A DNA stretch of 64,000 nt from Lingula anatina (lineage: Eukaryota > Animalia > Brachiopoda). The stretch covers positions 32,246,401-32,310,400 of the forward strand of contig CM120641.1 of NCBI GenBank assembly GCA_051362555.1. Reading direction: 5' to 3'. Within the stretch, counting starts at the first letter, position 1; every line of letters begins with the position of its first letter. Of this stretch, positions 12,152 through 25,836 are shown piece after piece. Made by a program: the position numbers and the translations under genes. The notes under the pieces are model-generated. The model was not told where the DNA came from. It searched no databases and saw only the letters and a program-made list of their open reading frames with translations.

Positions 12152-13260
12152 ACGCATAATAAATATTTAAATAATAAAACACAAGATTTAATAAAGAAAT
12201 ATATTTATTTAGAGTCTAAAATCCAAAAAATCTTTTCTGTAGACGTTTCAAATAAAATACAATACAAATACAATTAAAACACGAAGTTAAAAGGATTAAT
12301 TTAGAGTAATAAGTTATGGTGTTAAGAGCGGTGTCCCTAAATTGCGCAAAACACCGCAATACAGCGCAACACAGCGCAAGAGTGGAATATTAACCTTCAA
12401 AATAAATCACCCTGGCAACCATTATTGTACGGAGGAGCAGGATGAAATACACTGGTGTTAGACAAAATGACGTGAAATACAGTTGCCAAACTAGCTGTTT
12501 TAAACAGGATTCGGGTTTGTTTAATATCTGCCAGTAGAAAATAACTGCAACAACCTGTCGCCAATGATGAAAGTCTAACAGCCAGTGGGCAGACCACTGA
12601 ATGATATTATAAATTTATAAAACTGACATAATTATGATTTTGTCAGACGAGAATGAACATATTCTGAACAAAAAATGAGTCAAAAGTAGGCTACTTCATT
12701 AGGTACTGCACGGACTATACTACAGTACTAAACTTTAGCGGGGAGTAACGGTGTAAATTTGATATTGCTTTTCTGCAATTAAATTATCAATTTTAAACAC
12801 AACACTGCAAGGAAAATAAATGTTTGCATTTGATTGATACAGTTTACAGCTTCCAACGTCACAAAATCACTGAAAGCCATTGTAATTTTAGTGTAGTTTT
12901 ATATGATTGGTTTAATGCCAAATTCAGCAATTACGTTACACATTTGGGAATGTGTGTATCCTGTGCAGTGGTGGATTTGTTATTTAAAATTTTAAGGGAG
13001 TTTTATTTTTTTCATTCAGTGTTGTTTCTAATGTTCATGCAATATTCTTTTTTTTTCATTGAATGTTGTATTAAATTTTCATGTAATATTTATTTTTTTC
13101 ATTTAATGTTGGGGGTGGGGGGGGGGAAGAGACTCGTAGCGGAAACACGTAATGGAAACACATACGCTAGCTCCAACACCCACCTTCCCCACCTCGCCCC
13201 CGTGATTTTGCATGTACATTATATCTTTACAGATTCATTATAAAATACACTGGTACAATG

Positions 13261-13540
13261 CAGGGGTGGATCCAGGATTATTTGAAGGGGGGTCCGCGGA
13301 TGCGAAGCAAACCTCCCCCCTCTTGGCGAGGTTTCGGGGCCCGCTGAAAGGTCCCGAAAAAATTGGTTAGAGGGGAAACAGTGCTATTTGGTACGGTCTA
13401 CAACTACATGATCTAGCTAGTCAACATTAAAATTTCAAGAGGGGACCTTTGATGTGTTTTCTTTTTTTTAAACCGAAGGGGGGGGGGGGGGGGGCAGGAC
13501 CCCCCTGACCCCCCCCCCCCCCCCCCTAAATCCGCCTCTG
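13261..13540. mobile_element. MITE with CAGGGG(C/T)GGATCCAG ... AATCCGCCTCTG termini (hAT-like)
   Basis: Imperfect TIRs and poly-G/poly-C internal tracts; related to the copies at 5225 and 61112. Confidence 0.7.
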
Positions 13541-14031
13541 ATTGCAGGCTTTCGTACTTAAAACACAGAAAAAACAGTAAGCAAAGACCATTTTCCAATA
13601 TATCATTTTCGGGAAAAGGTGTTAAAATGGCCATGTAATCGTTGTTGTCTTTCAACGAACCTCTGTCTTTTAAAGCCAACATAATATTTAGAAATGATGG
13701 TATCGAAGTAAAAAAAATTCATGTGTGACCAATACAACTTTGCTCGAGATGACAGTGTTAGCGACCAGTCATATAGAAAGGACCCTTTTGTCCTGCCTAT
13801 ATTAAACTATTTCTACTGATTTGTTTCAGTATATAAAATATTGCGGATCGTGGGTTTAAATTAAGACATAGTCATAAAAACCCTTTATTCGATTATGATT
13901 TTTAAAAGTAGTTTTTGTATTTAAGTAGTATATTTTAACAACAAGTGGACTTCAGTTGTATCAAAAATGTACTGTTTATATTTTGACAGTGAACATTTGC
14001 GAGCAGTTTTAGCGAAAACCTCTCAACCAAA

Positions 14032-14825
14032 ATGGGTCAAATCTGTTCTAATTTGCATAACAATAAGTTGCCCGTCGTGGTGCGAGCTGAATACTCACTC
14101 TGCAGTTGGGCACAGTTGAGTGAAGACGCAACATCATGTGTGGTGAATCCACAAGTTTATGCTTTTGTGAGACGTAGAAGGAAGGAATATGGTAAGTAGC
14201 ACCGCTTCTTAAATAACCTCCCTCAATAACACACAAGTGCAACCAAATGAGAGAAAATTTAATGTAGATATTAGTAGCGCGATTTCTAATATTATGCCCA
14301 TTGTTACTTGTATGTCACTCACAATGTCAGAATATGTTGGTTACAATGCTTTGGGACTACAACTGTACAGGAGAAATGGTGCTTTCAGCTGACCATTGAT
14401 GAAACAATGAGTTTGCTTGAAATCTTCAAACTAGCTATATTTAGTTGTGCACGTGTGAGATTTTTTGTATGACCCCTGGCAATTGAAAAGGCATTTGTGT
14501 CTTAATTTAAAATATTTTCGTGTAATAAACATAACTGCACATAAAAAGACCGATTCATTTAGGTAATATTACTTGTCATAGTTCTTAGTTTTGGATACTA
14601 TGAGAAGTCTGCCCTATCAAGGTGTACATCAAGTCAAGTTTAATTAACATTTCAAACGTCGCTTTTGAAGACAATTACGATGGTTTTCAGCTATTTCTTT
14701 TGGGTTAAATTTATGCACTGTAATGGATTGATCATTTCACCTGGGAAGAATAAGCAATTCTTAAAATACATCATTTCATCCACATAGCTATTAAAGTTCT
14801 CTTACTTGTTTCAGATTACACTTGA
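14032..14825 (+). CDS. Putative 56-aa N-myristoylated microprotein (MGQICS..RRRRKEYDYT). Coding exons 14032-14191, 14815-14825; further exons 15197-15240 and 15621-~16190
   Basis: CAAAATGG start context and an MGxxxS motif with Cys. Canonical splice sites (TTGACAG 13989; G|GTAAGT 14191; TTTCAG 14814; AG|GTAAGT 14876). TATA-like motif at ~13830; AATAAA at ~16185. Confidence 0.4.
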
Positions 14826-15629
14826 GCAATCCATTTATGCTTAAAGATTGACATGCTGTTAAAATCTTTTTGTAAGGTAAGTGTTTTTAATATAATACAA
14901 CACACATTCACGCACATGTCAATTGCTAATAAAGCGATGGTTTACAGATGAAAGCTTTACGCAGGTTGACTATCGTCTCCAGTGTGCCGTATTCTGTTCC
15001 TCCATTACACGACCAACTACATGTATATTAAAACTTGATTGTACTTTCATCCATGTTATGTGTAATTTATTTCATACATTCTTAAAAGAAAGTGTTCAAA
15101 TAAGATGTTTTGCTCTTCTCTAGAATAAGACAAAATGATCTCAATCTGTCAGTTGAATCAAAATTTCTATGCCTTTTTTTTTTTTTTTCATTTCAGAAGC
15201 CCTCGGAGAAACTGTGCAATATGGGCGTTCAAGCCACAAGGTCAATTTCATGTATCTCTTATATCAAATCCGAATAAATATTTCTATAATTCCTCGTTTT
15301 TTTTTCATATTGATATAAAATACACAGGGCAGCAATATTAAAATGGGAAAGGAGAAAGATTACATAGATGTGATAACTGTTTCAAGTTCAATCTGGAAAA
15401 TTGTGTAATTTTTCTTAGGGGGGGGGGGGGAATGACGATTTTCTATGAAACCTGGCGATATTTAAAATTGAAATGGTTTAAAGCTTTGTAATTATGCACA
15501 TTATTTTGTAAATAAAAATTGGACATTAAAGGTCTTACCCGCTGAAAGAATATCTAAATTTCAATATAAAGTACAAATTTACAATCTTGCAATCCATTCA
15601 TAAGGTTTGTTTGTTTATAGCAACATGCA

Positions 15630-16070
15630 TGACACCCCTCAAATGGAATGGAATCATCCCACCCGTCATCCCTCAAATTAATTGAACTCGTCCCACCTGT
15701 CACCCCTCACATGAATTGAACTGGTCCCACCTGTCACCCCTCAAATGGAATGGACTCGTCCCACCTGTCACCCTTCAAATGGAATGAACTCGCCCCACCT
15801 GTCAACCCTCGAATGGAATGGATTCGTTCCACCTGTCACCCCTCAAATGGAATGAACTCGCCCCACCTGACACCCCTCAAATGGAATGGATTAGTCCCAC
15901 CTGACACCCCTCAAATGGAATGGAATCATCCCACCTGTCACCCCTCAAATGAAGTGGACTAGTCCCACCTGTCACCCCTCAAATGGAATGGATTCTTCCC
16001 ACCTGTCACCCCTTAAATGGAGTGAACTCCTCCCACCTTCCACCCCTCAAGTCGAATAGACTCGCCCACT
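15630..16070. repeat. 34-bp minisatellite, ~13 copies (TCCCACCTGTCACCCCTCAAATGGAATGGACTCG)
   Basis: Unit starts at 15691, 15725, 15759 and onward. Confidence 0.95.
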
Positions 16071-18068
16071 CATACCAATGCAGTCATACGAGTATCATTC
16101 ATTTCAATATACAAGCAAAGACCAATTTTTTTAATGTTTTATTTATTATATGACATCTTTTATGACAGAAAACCTCGAAGAAACAATAAAATATTTACTG
16201 GGGGACTCATGTGCTCAAATAAAAAAGATAATAAGGACATAGTACAGTCTTTGAACAGGACATTGGACAAAGAATAGGCCGTCAGGCCATATTAACCGTA
16301 TGAATTTGACCGGAAATGATAAATCTGAAAATTGACACCTACAGAATTTATTCATATTAATAATTCGTGCAATTGTAATGAAACTGCTTTGTGTTAATTT
16401 TAAATTTTTCATTTACAAAATTTAAAAGCACTTTTAGATTTAATCTGGAGAACAAAAAATGCATTCCAAAGAGAGTATAGTATAGGTTCTAAAAATCCAG
16501 TACATATCAACTTTACTTTAATTCTGTGTATTTTAGATTGAATAAAAAACTACCCCCAAAACAGTCATTTATTTTCATTAATTGCTTGTCATTCACAAGT
16601 GTACATATTAACATTAAAAATTGACTTTTAATACAATGCAAATTATAATAATATGATAAGGTAGTTGATTGGCTAAATAAACAATCTTATCCGAGCTTCA
16701 ATATCGTGAAAATTGCATTTTTAATCTCAACTTTGAAATTTGTGATTTGCAAACACGCTGAAAATAACATCATGCCATTTTAAACACTTTAATAATTGCA
16801 CAATTGCATAATGAGATTAATTTAAAAAGAAGCTGGATTGCTTCCAAATAAAATGATGTACATAGCATGCCCTAAGATATAATTTTCAACATATAGCATC
16901 TGCGGTGCCAATGGATCTGGATCTGCGTCTGATTTTAAAATACATCTCGGAGAATACGTCACGTGCACTGTGCAGGATCTCGGCAAAGGCGTTTGCAGTT
17001 CTGAAATATCAAAATAACATTTAAATGGCGATATTTCAATTTTCGAAAGCAGAGAATCCGAATAAAGATTAGATTAACTGAAAATGGAAAAACATATGCT
17101 CATGCCGAAAAAAAGCACACTGACGCTAACTGAACACCAAATTTGAAAGTCGACTAAACGGGGTTTGTATGCAAGATTCAAAGCGTTTACAAGGACAAGA
17201 GACCATTTCCAGACCCCATAGTTTTAAATCAGCACAAAGATGCATTATTGAATAATTAGATAGAGGAAAAACTCATTTTTGGTATCTGGATGTTAATAAA
17301 TATAAGAATCTTATTATTATTATATATTATTATTATCATTACAATAACCTTAAGTCAAAGCTTTAGAGTCTGGACGGCTAACATACACAAACAAGTCATC
17401 GTGAAAAACTAACAGTTTTCTCTCGTTAATGTTCCAATTGAAAATATGGAAATCTTTTTAAAACTAAATGCACTGTTATACTGATCAGTTTGTAATGTAG
17501 GCATCCGAGAAGGTTCACACTAATATATCAACTATGAAAGTGTTTAAAATACGAAATGTGTTCAGTTGGCCTAATTACGTACAGTGAGTGACATTGAATT
17601 GAATTCAAATGTAAAAAAAACTTGAAGCTATTTGTCTGCTTCTGAATAAGTGCTTAGGATTTAACAAAGAAATACATCTCACCCCCCCCCCCCTCCACCA
17701 CCGCCACCTTTGCCCTAATTCCGCTAGCTGTAACTCCCCATTATTTCAACATACCACCCTCAGTTCCAATGTACATTTGAGCCTTGATGTTTTTGTTGTC
17801 ATCAACTGAAAATGTCAATTCAGTTGATTGTCCTTCCATTTTTGTGGTGTCGCATGGGATTTGTGAATTCCGTTTTATGCCTGACACACTGTATTGAGCC
17901 AACTTCTTTCTTTCAATGCATTGTTTCAGACAAATATTTTGAGATAATACGAAAGGTTGCAAAGAATATTTTTTTCATCAAATAGTTACAGTAATAAATT
18001 CATTAGACTCCAGCAAATAATTCATCATTAGATTTCTTCCTGTTATATCTTATGCTCCTATACTTACA

Positions 18069-18236
18069 CAGGGGCGGATTCAGAGTTATTTCCTGACAGT
18101 CTTCCAAATTATCTTTGTTGATCCGTTCTTCATTTTTGACCGTCTTCCGACAGAAAAAAATAGATACCCGCCAATGTAAACTTGAAAATCTGACCGTCTT
18201 CTGAAAGACCCAGAAGACGTCCTAAATCCGCCCCTG
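18069..18236. mobile_element. MITE with CAGGGGCGGAT TIRs and 6-bp TSD (hAT6-like)
   Basis: CTTACA|CAGGGGCGGATT ... AATCCGCCCCTG|CTTACA. Same family as 56963-57122. Confidence 0.8.
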
Positions 18237-18475
18237 CTTACATGAGTCACCCTTTTTAATCTTTTCCAAGCATTCTTCTGAAATAAAAAATAAAAGGGAT
18301 CAGATCTGAAGCTCAAAGTAGTTTAAGGAACTAGAGACTTTTAAAGATTTATATCTTTAGAACAGTGCATTATTATTAATCAATCAGTTTTTTAAGCTCT
18401 AAAATTAAATGGAATGTGCCATATATTATAAAAATAAACCATTATTTATAATTATTAGGGAAAATGCTACCTCAC

Positions 18476-21400
18476 CTGTGCCAAATTCATATTTAGATAT
18501 ACAAAACAATATGGCTGGTTCTATATTTTTATCTGTTTTGTACATAACAAAGAGAAACAGGGATGTAAAGCATATTATATACAACATGCAGTTTAGTATA
18601 AATCAAATGTTCCCATAAAAATATTTTGCAAAATAGATAAATATGCCAAGAAGGAAATAAAATAAAAAGCTGCTGCTGCAGTTTTATTTTAGTTAATGCT
18701 ATCTCATGAATGTTCTGAAATAAGCATTAATTTATATTTATCAGTGTCAACATACAGGAGTACATGTATATGACAATACAGTAGACCCGTCTGGAAATGT
18801 TTACCTTCTATGCTTGGTGCAGCATCTACTTTTTCTTCTCCTGCCTTGAAAGTGTCAGCTGAAATATTATGAAATCTAGAATGCATATGAGAATACAGCT
18901 GACATTTCTACGGTACATGTGAAATATTTTGTTTTTATCTTCTTTTGGATATGTAAATGTTTATAAATTCATATTATGTAACAACTAAAAGTCACTTACG
19001 ATAGCTATTGTGAACTTGGTCAATAATGATTTCTGAAAATATAACATTTGCGTTAATATATCATAATTATATGGTGATCACATATACTATATGGCAAATA
19101 CAGTGAATGTAGTAGTTGTCACTAACAAACCTATTAGTGTCAACATACAAGAGTACATGTATATGACAATACAGTATACCTGTCTGGTAATGCTTACCTT
19201 CTTTGCTTGGTGCAGCATATACTTTTTCCCCCCCTGCTATGAGAGTGTCAGCTGAAATATTATAAATACAGTGAATACAAATACAGTGAATGTAGTAGTT
19301 GTCACTTAGTCACAGCGTTTATTTGGTGTTCCTCAGGGGAGCATTCTTGGCCCTCTAAAATTTTGTGTTTACACTTTACCACTTGGAGCAATTCTGCATT
19401 ATCATAAGATAGGTTACCACTTTTATGTAGATGATACCCAGTTGTACACATCTTGCAACATCCATGATCCAGCATTGTCTGTGAACACCATTGCTGACTG
19501 CATATCAGATCTGAGAGGTTGGCTCATTTCAAACAAATTGAAGATAAATGATGGAAAAACATAACTTTAGTCATTACTGAACCCCACAACAAGGGCCTTG
19601 CTCACAACCTAGCTGCAACTTAGAATTGGAGCTAGTATGGCATTATCTTCCCCCCATGTAAAAAAATTAGGAGTATACTTTGTGATTCTACACTTTCAAT
19701 GGACAAACAGATCTCCAACATTACAAGGTCTTGTTTATACAACATTAGGAACATTGGCACCATAAGGAAATATCTGAATCAATCATCTGCTGCTACTGTA
19801 ATACACTCATTGGTAACTTCCAGGTTGGACTATTGCAATTCTGTATTATATGGATGTCCAGATGATAAGATCAAAAGATTAAAATGCATCCAGAATATCT
19901 CAGCATGGCTTTTCATGCTACAGCCTAGGGATTGCCATATCACTCCAATTTTAAAGCAGTTACATTGGTTACCAGTTAGGGCCAGAACTTTATTTAAGGT
20001 TTTAGTTTTTACACATGCTGCTTTTTATGACCTAACTCCACCAAATATAATTGATCTGGTCAAACGTTATAGTCCTCAAAGATCCCGGAGGTCTGCTGAC
20101 AAACTTTAATTGAAACTTCCCAAATCAAAGTAAAAAAAACATATCATTTTGTGTAGCTGCACCAGTAGAATGGAGTAAGTTACCAATTTTTATTAGACAA
20201 ATAGAATCACAATGATCTTTTTAAAAGGAATTGAAAACTCACATTTTTAAGACATTTTATTCATGAATTTTTAAATTTTACATGAAGGAAACATGAAGGA
20301 TTTACATGAAGGATTTTTTACTTTTAATTACTGTTTATTACAATTTAGTCTAGCTCTGATTTATATAATATATATCTTAATCATTTTTATCTACAAACTT
20401 CTTTGTATTTTGTGTTGTACAGTCTACTGAACATTTTATGGATTTTAGACTTGAAATAAATATATTATTATATTAATATATAGTTCTTTATGTCACTTTT
20501 GTTACATGATACTTAGGAAAATCAAGACTAGATTTATTTTAGAATAAGGGAGGATATAGTTTTAAAAATCCACCATAAATAAATAAAAATAAAAATAAAA
20601 AAACAAAGCAAAATGGTGGTAAAAAGAAGGTCAACATGGTGTTTGTATGTAACCTGCCAGACATCACTTTGGTTATATAAAATTGTTCCATACCGGTAGG
20701 AGTATCAGGACTGGAACTGGTCCACTCTGGAATAAAATATATCACAAGTTTCATTATCATAAAGCATATTTGAGTACAACATTCATTTTCATAAATGAAA
20801 TATAGTGGGTTTAATCCCAATATGTCAAAAATCAAACGTTAAACTTAATGTTATTTTAGAACCAAATCATGAAAAGAATTAGTTTAAATATGATAATGAG
20901 GAATAAATAAAAGCTGCTGTATATGAAAAGCAGCATGCAAAGCTAGAATAAAAGCTAGTTTTAACTAGTTAAAACTTTTTACTAAATTCCAAAGAATCAC
21001 AAAGCAGATGGTTTATTTCTTATACAACTCACCCTCAATCTTCATTTCTGGATCTCCCCATTTGCAAGTGATCTGCATATTTTCTTTAGAGGTGACATGA
21101 ATATGCCTGTTAATGAATGCCCTTGGCTCCCATTCATATCCACTGTCAGGGCAGTTCATCTGGATGAAAAACAATTAAACTGTCTAACAAAACAGTTAAT
21201 CTGGATTACAATACAGTAAATCTACATAACAATACAATTTATTTGTGTAATAATACAGTTTATCTGGATTACCTTGGCACAATACACTTAATCTGCATAA
21301 CAATACATCTGATGAACAAAAAACAGATAAAACAATTAAATATTATAATCTAAATAACATATTATGTAATTTAATCACTCCTTCATGAAGGCATTTCATC

Positions 21401-23469
21401 ATTACATAGATGGCATTACCTTTGCTACTGAATATATTACAAATATAATTACAGCAAGATTCCTTAAGAAATTTTTTGAGTATCAACATCTGTGTAAGGA
21501 AATGCTTGTAATCTACCAAGGCGAACAAAATGTTTATCTCTTTTTTAAGGTTTAATTTTCTTTTTGACCTATCAAGAAGTAAATCAAGCATCAATTCCAA
21601 TAGACAGAAAAAACAAAAAAAAAAAAATGACTAGGAGACGCAACACAGACTTTCATACATTTCTTTAATAGAACCATTTCAATTTGCCATACAATTAGTA
21701 AACTACACACACTGGACAAAAGAAGTGTCACCCCTACTGAGCCAATACTATGGGGGAGATAAATGACTGTGGAATGATATGCTCCTAGTATCATTTTATT
21801 AACATCAAATTTCACAAAAAATCACAAAATGAGAATAAAATATACATTCTACCAAAATATGCAGTTTCAAGTCAAAAATTAGTACTTAGTGGCATAGCCA
21901 CGTGACCTAATAATAGGTGCCAGTCTACGAAGCAAGGATTCATATAAATGTCTGATGCGTTTAGGGCTTATGCTGGCCCAAGCATAAAACACTGAATATA
22001 ACAGAGTTTCTCTGCTGGTTAGACGGGCATTTGTAAAAAGTTTTGACATATCATTCCAAAAATTTTCTATTATGTTTGCATCCGGACTCTGGACAGGCCA
22101 CATCACCCTGCAAATGTCCTGTTGGTCAAACCAATCATCAACTGCTCTGGGCCTGTGACAAGGAGCATTGTCATCCTGGTGAACAAATGGATAATTCCTG
22201 TCACCAAACATGTTAGTAATAGATGGTAGCAAGCCTGACTCTAAAACATCGATACATTTCTAGCGATTCATGTTTCCATTAACCACTATCAATTCGCCCA
22301 AGCCATGGATGCTGATGCAGCCCCACACCATGATGAATATGCTGCTCCGGGTTCGAAAATTCAGTGCATGTGGTGTAAATGCTTTACCAGCAGTTTGCCA
22401 GCATAGTACCTCTGTCATCAGAGGTCACACCAAAGCGACACTCATCAGAAAAAATATATAGGACCAATTGTCATGAACTGTCCAGTTCCAGATCCTGTTG
22501 ACCCTAGTTTACTCTACGTTGCCTGTTTTGTAACGATATAAGAGGTTTCAGTCTTGCTACCCTGCTGTACACTCTATGAGCATGTAACCGACGCCTAGCA
22601 ATTTTCACAGACACATTCTTATGTGTGAAATTGTTCCACTGTGTTGTCAACTGACAAGCAGTGTCGAACTTTGACAACCTGGACATCAAAATCAGTCGTC
22701 GGTCTTTACGGCCAGTATTTTTTCTTGGACGACCCATCAGAGGCAATTTGTCTCTTGATCCAGTGTTTCTATACCGAGACCAGACCCCCTGCACGGTTCT
22801 GACTGAACAATTCAATTGTATCGATATTCTGACATTGCTTACATTCCGCCTCTTCAGGTTAATAACTTGCACCTATAACCGTTAGATAATTGCCTGTATC
22901 TTGCCATATTGGAGGAAGACAGGAATAAAATTTGCTGTACATGTACAAGACCAACAATACAATCCCATGGTATAGCGGTTTTATACTCATTAGTCACATT
23001 ATAAGTAGACCAGGCATTATAAGTACCCAAGATCTGCCTACTTTTATTACTCTGAGTTAGGGGGTGACACTTCTTTTGTCCAGTGTGTGTAGGTATATTA
23101 TACTCACATCTATTTTCTTTATAAATTTAAACTCTGCATTTGAGTTTTTCGGCAACATTATGTTGCAGCTTTGTTGAGGGTCCTGTTGGCTGACCCTCAG
23201 CATCTTGATGCCATTCTGAGGGCACCATCTGCCAAGTGATGGGCAGCTGCCCACTACTTTGGCCTGTAAAGTGTTTTCCCTAAGGATTATTCTGACCTTT
23301 GCCAAATCTGTTAAAAATGAATTATAAAATGAAATTAAAAAATGGAATAAAATTAATACATTCAACTTTTTTTTCATTCATTGGCATAGATACATGAGTG
23401 GTAAAATTTACATAAAATTTAACATATCCTTTTGTTGCACTGAAGATGGCCAATAACTAAATGGATTTT

Positions 23470-23521
<52 letters not shown>

Positions 23522-24038
23522 CAGCTTATATTGAATGCATATGGAGAAATATAATAATGCAGTAGACTCAATAAATTACCACTAAACTTAAAATGAGTAT
23601 TAAAAAAATAATAACAAAATATGGTGTCCATCGTGTTTTTTAAATCTAAAAGTTCATGATAAGATACTGAAACGTGCATGAGCAGTTTGGCAGTACATTG
23701 ATTAGTGCCACATTTACTGAAGGTACATGTATAACATGATTACTAGTAGGGTCCATCAGTTTTTTAAAGATGGTTTATAAGCACGTGGTGCTAGCATGTA
23801 TTGTGCACTCTGTGATTATCTGTTTTGAACCTCAATGGTTGAGATTGTTTCAGTCTACAGTCACAAGCCCTGACATTCATTCTTCTGGTACATACACGCA
23901 CACCAACTTTGAGGAATAAGGGTAAATGTACGTACAAATAAAGGTACAAGTACTACGTGAAATGGAAGTTTGCATGCACGCTTTACCTGTGCTCTTTGGC
24001 TCCGGTTGAATATCACTGCTGGTGGGTGTGTTTTCCAT
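18476..24038 (-). CDS. CBM20 (starch/glycogen-binding) domain protein. Exons 24038-23987, 23307-23108, 21159-21033, 20726-20694, 19251-19198, 19032-19000, 18858-18805, 18532-18476; 3' end uncertain (candidate exons near 18039 and 17000)
   Basis: Spliced translation [57 protein letters not shown] matches the CBM20 signature (VvG..p.LG.W, eyKf, WE...NR). All junctions are GT-AG and in frame. Confidence 0.75.
19310..20475 (+). mobile_element. 5'-truncated, degraded L2/CR1-group LINE (RT domain and C-terminus) in an intron
   Basis: [26 protein letters not shown] and [14 protein letters not shown] motifs, with stops and frameshifts; AATAAA/(TAT)n tail. Confidence 0.9.
21706..23089 (-). mobile_element. 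Tc1-family DNA transposon, full length, transposase disrupted
   Basis: TIRs CACACACTGGACAAAAGAAGTGTCACCCC at both ends with TA TSD. HTH/GRPRK N-terminus and [23 protein letters not shown] catalytic C-terminus are split by stops. Confidence 0.95.
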
Positions 24039-25206
24039 CGTCACCTACAAAAAAAGTTCCCTTTTACTGCTCCTTATTTCTAAAGTTCATAAGGGGAATG
24101 ACTTGCTTACCCACATGATATCTTTTATCAAAAACATCTCCTTGATTGCAAGGCAAGAGTTGACTTAGACTCTAGTCTACTTATAGTTTCCTAAATTACT
24201 GCGCGAGTTCACGCATTGTCGTAAAGTGAATTTTTGTCAAAAAGTATCACATACAGAATAATAATAAAATATATGGATAAATTTCACTTGATTTTCTTTC
24301 ATCTATAAGATTTTTGGAATAGTAGATCCATTTCTGGTAAAAAATTCAACTTACAGCGCTGAATGTATCTAGTTCAGATTTAATCATCTCAAAAACAATC
24401 GAGATTTGTTTACCTAATTTGCATATGCATAGTAAAATAGTTCAAGAAATTTGATTGGGCAGCTCCTTATTGTTCTCAAAACTTTGAACCAATCAAATTT
24501 TCTGTTTTTGATGCGCCAAGTCATTTCTGACAACGTTTGCCCTAATTCACCGTGATCACATGGTTGTGCTCAGGACAGTTTCTTTATTCAATGGCATTTT
24601 GATTATCGAATACTATGTTATCTTCATGGTTATTTTCTTTATGTTTACATGAGCTACGAAGTCTTCCTCATGGAAAAATCATCCAGTAGCTTCCCATATA
24701 CAAGTAAGTGACGTCAAGACGAACTTCCGATTTTCTTGAAATCTTGAAATCATTATTAGGTTTGCACCAAATTTGAGTTCTATTTCAAAATCTACGCAAC
24801 AGTTTGAGTTAAACTTTGTATCGGTATGTAAACTCTTTATATATTGCACCTACATGCAAAATTTGAGAGTTTTAGCTTTCATTGTTTTTCTACAATGCCC
24901 GTTCAAATGTGAAAATAAGCCCCTTTTCGTCCATTTATTGAAGAAAACAATATTTTGAAATAGGAATATGCCACACTTTCAGCTCTACAACTGAAGAGTA
25001 TGAATAAAGAAAGCCGAGGTATTGTCGTGCCTGAGACGTCAAGGCAAAAAAGTATTTAATGTATAAAGTTTCTTATCAGCAGTGTATTGAAATTACTGAT
25101 TCTCATTATTATCTATTTAAAACTTATCCCCACAGAAATAAATCCAAAATAAAAACTTACAGTTTATAACTTTAACAGCATTAACACTTTCTACCAGTAG
25201 CGGAGA

Positions 25207-25384
25207 CCGGTGTCACGAAACTGAGGGTCCTTGTGACAGAAAGTCCGGCCTCCATAGCCTAAAGTTATAATGGTTAGAGTAAGTCTTACCTAAGTGGATC
25301 AAAATCTAGGGCGAGGCTCACCTGTACAAAGTAATGGGAGGCGGACTCTCTGTCACGGGGGACTTTCTGGTACATGAAACGGTG
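25207..25384. repeat. ~170-bp dispersed repeat with CCGGTG-type ends (second copy 38521-38685)
   Basis: Direct similarity between the two loci (GAAACTGAGGGTCC..GGGGACTTTCTGGTACATG). Confidence 0.7.
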
Positions 25385-25460
25385 CTAGTTGGGCCCCGAG
25401 GTTAGTTGCCTCCTCGTCAATTTATGAAAAGTAACTACAAGAAAAAGAAACCACAGAAAA

Positions 25461-25836
25461 AAGAGAAAAGCACGCAGAGAGCGCAGACCTCCGCCAAGGC
25501 AGCAAAGTCTCCATCCAATGCCGTTTCACCCTAAATTTTCGATATTTTTGATTATTGATTGATTGTTGATCCGGAGCACCACCAAAAACTAATCATCTGT
25601 TCCTTGGCCCACTTCTGACAGTTCCTAAAAACATTCATCAAAATCGGTCCATAACTTAGTTTTTTGATTATTGATTTTTGATTTTTGATTGGTGATTGAT
25701 CCGGATCACCACCAAAAACTAATCACTTCTAAGTTAACCCATATCTGACCTACGCTGAAAATTCCATCGAAATTCATCCAAACAACAGGGGTGAGAACAA
25801 ACAGGGGTGAGAACATAACCTCCTTGGCGGAGGTAA
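25461..25836 (-). mobile_element. Short HINE/DINE-1-like non-autonomous Helentron
   Basis: Subterminal inverted repeat ACCTCCGCCAAGG / CCTTGGCGGAGGT, terminal hairpin, and two internal tandem units (GATCCGGA.CACCACCAAAAACTAATCA). Confidence 0.75.

Noticed and set aside
12397-12600. Minus-strand exon-like segment with acceptor near 12598
   Set aside because: Two frames are open but neither is recognisable, and no partner exons were found.
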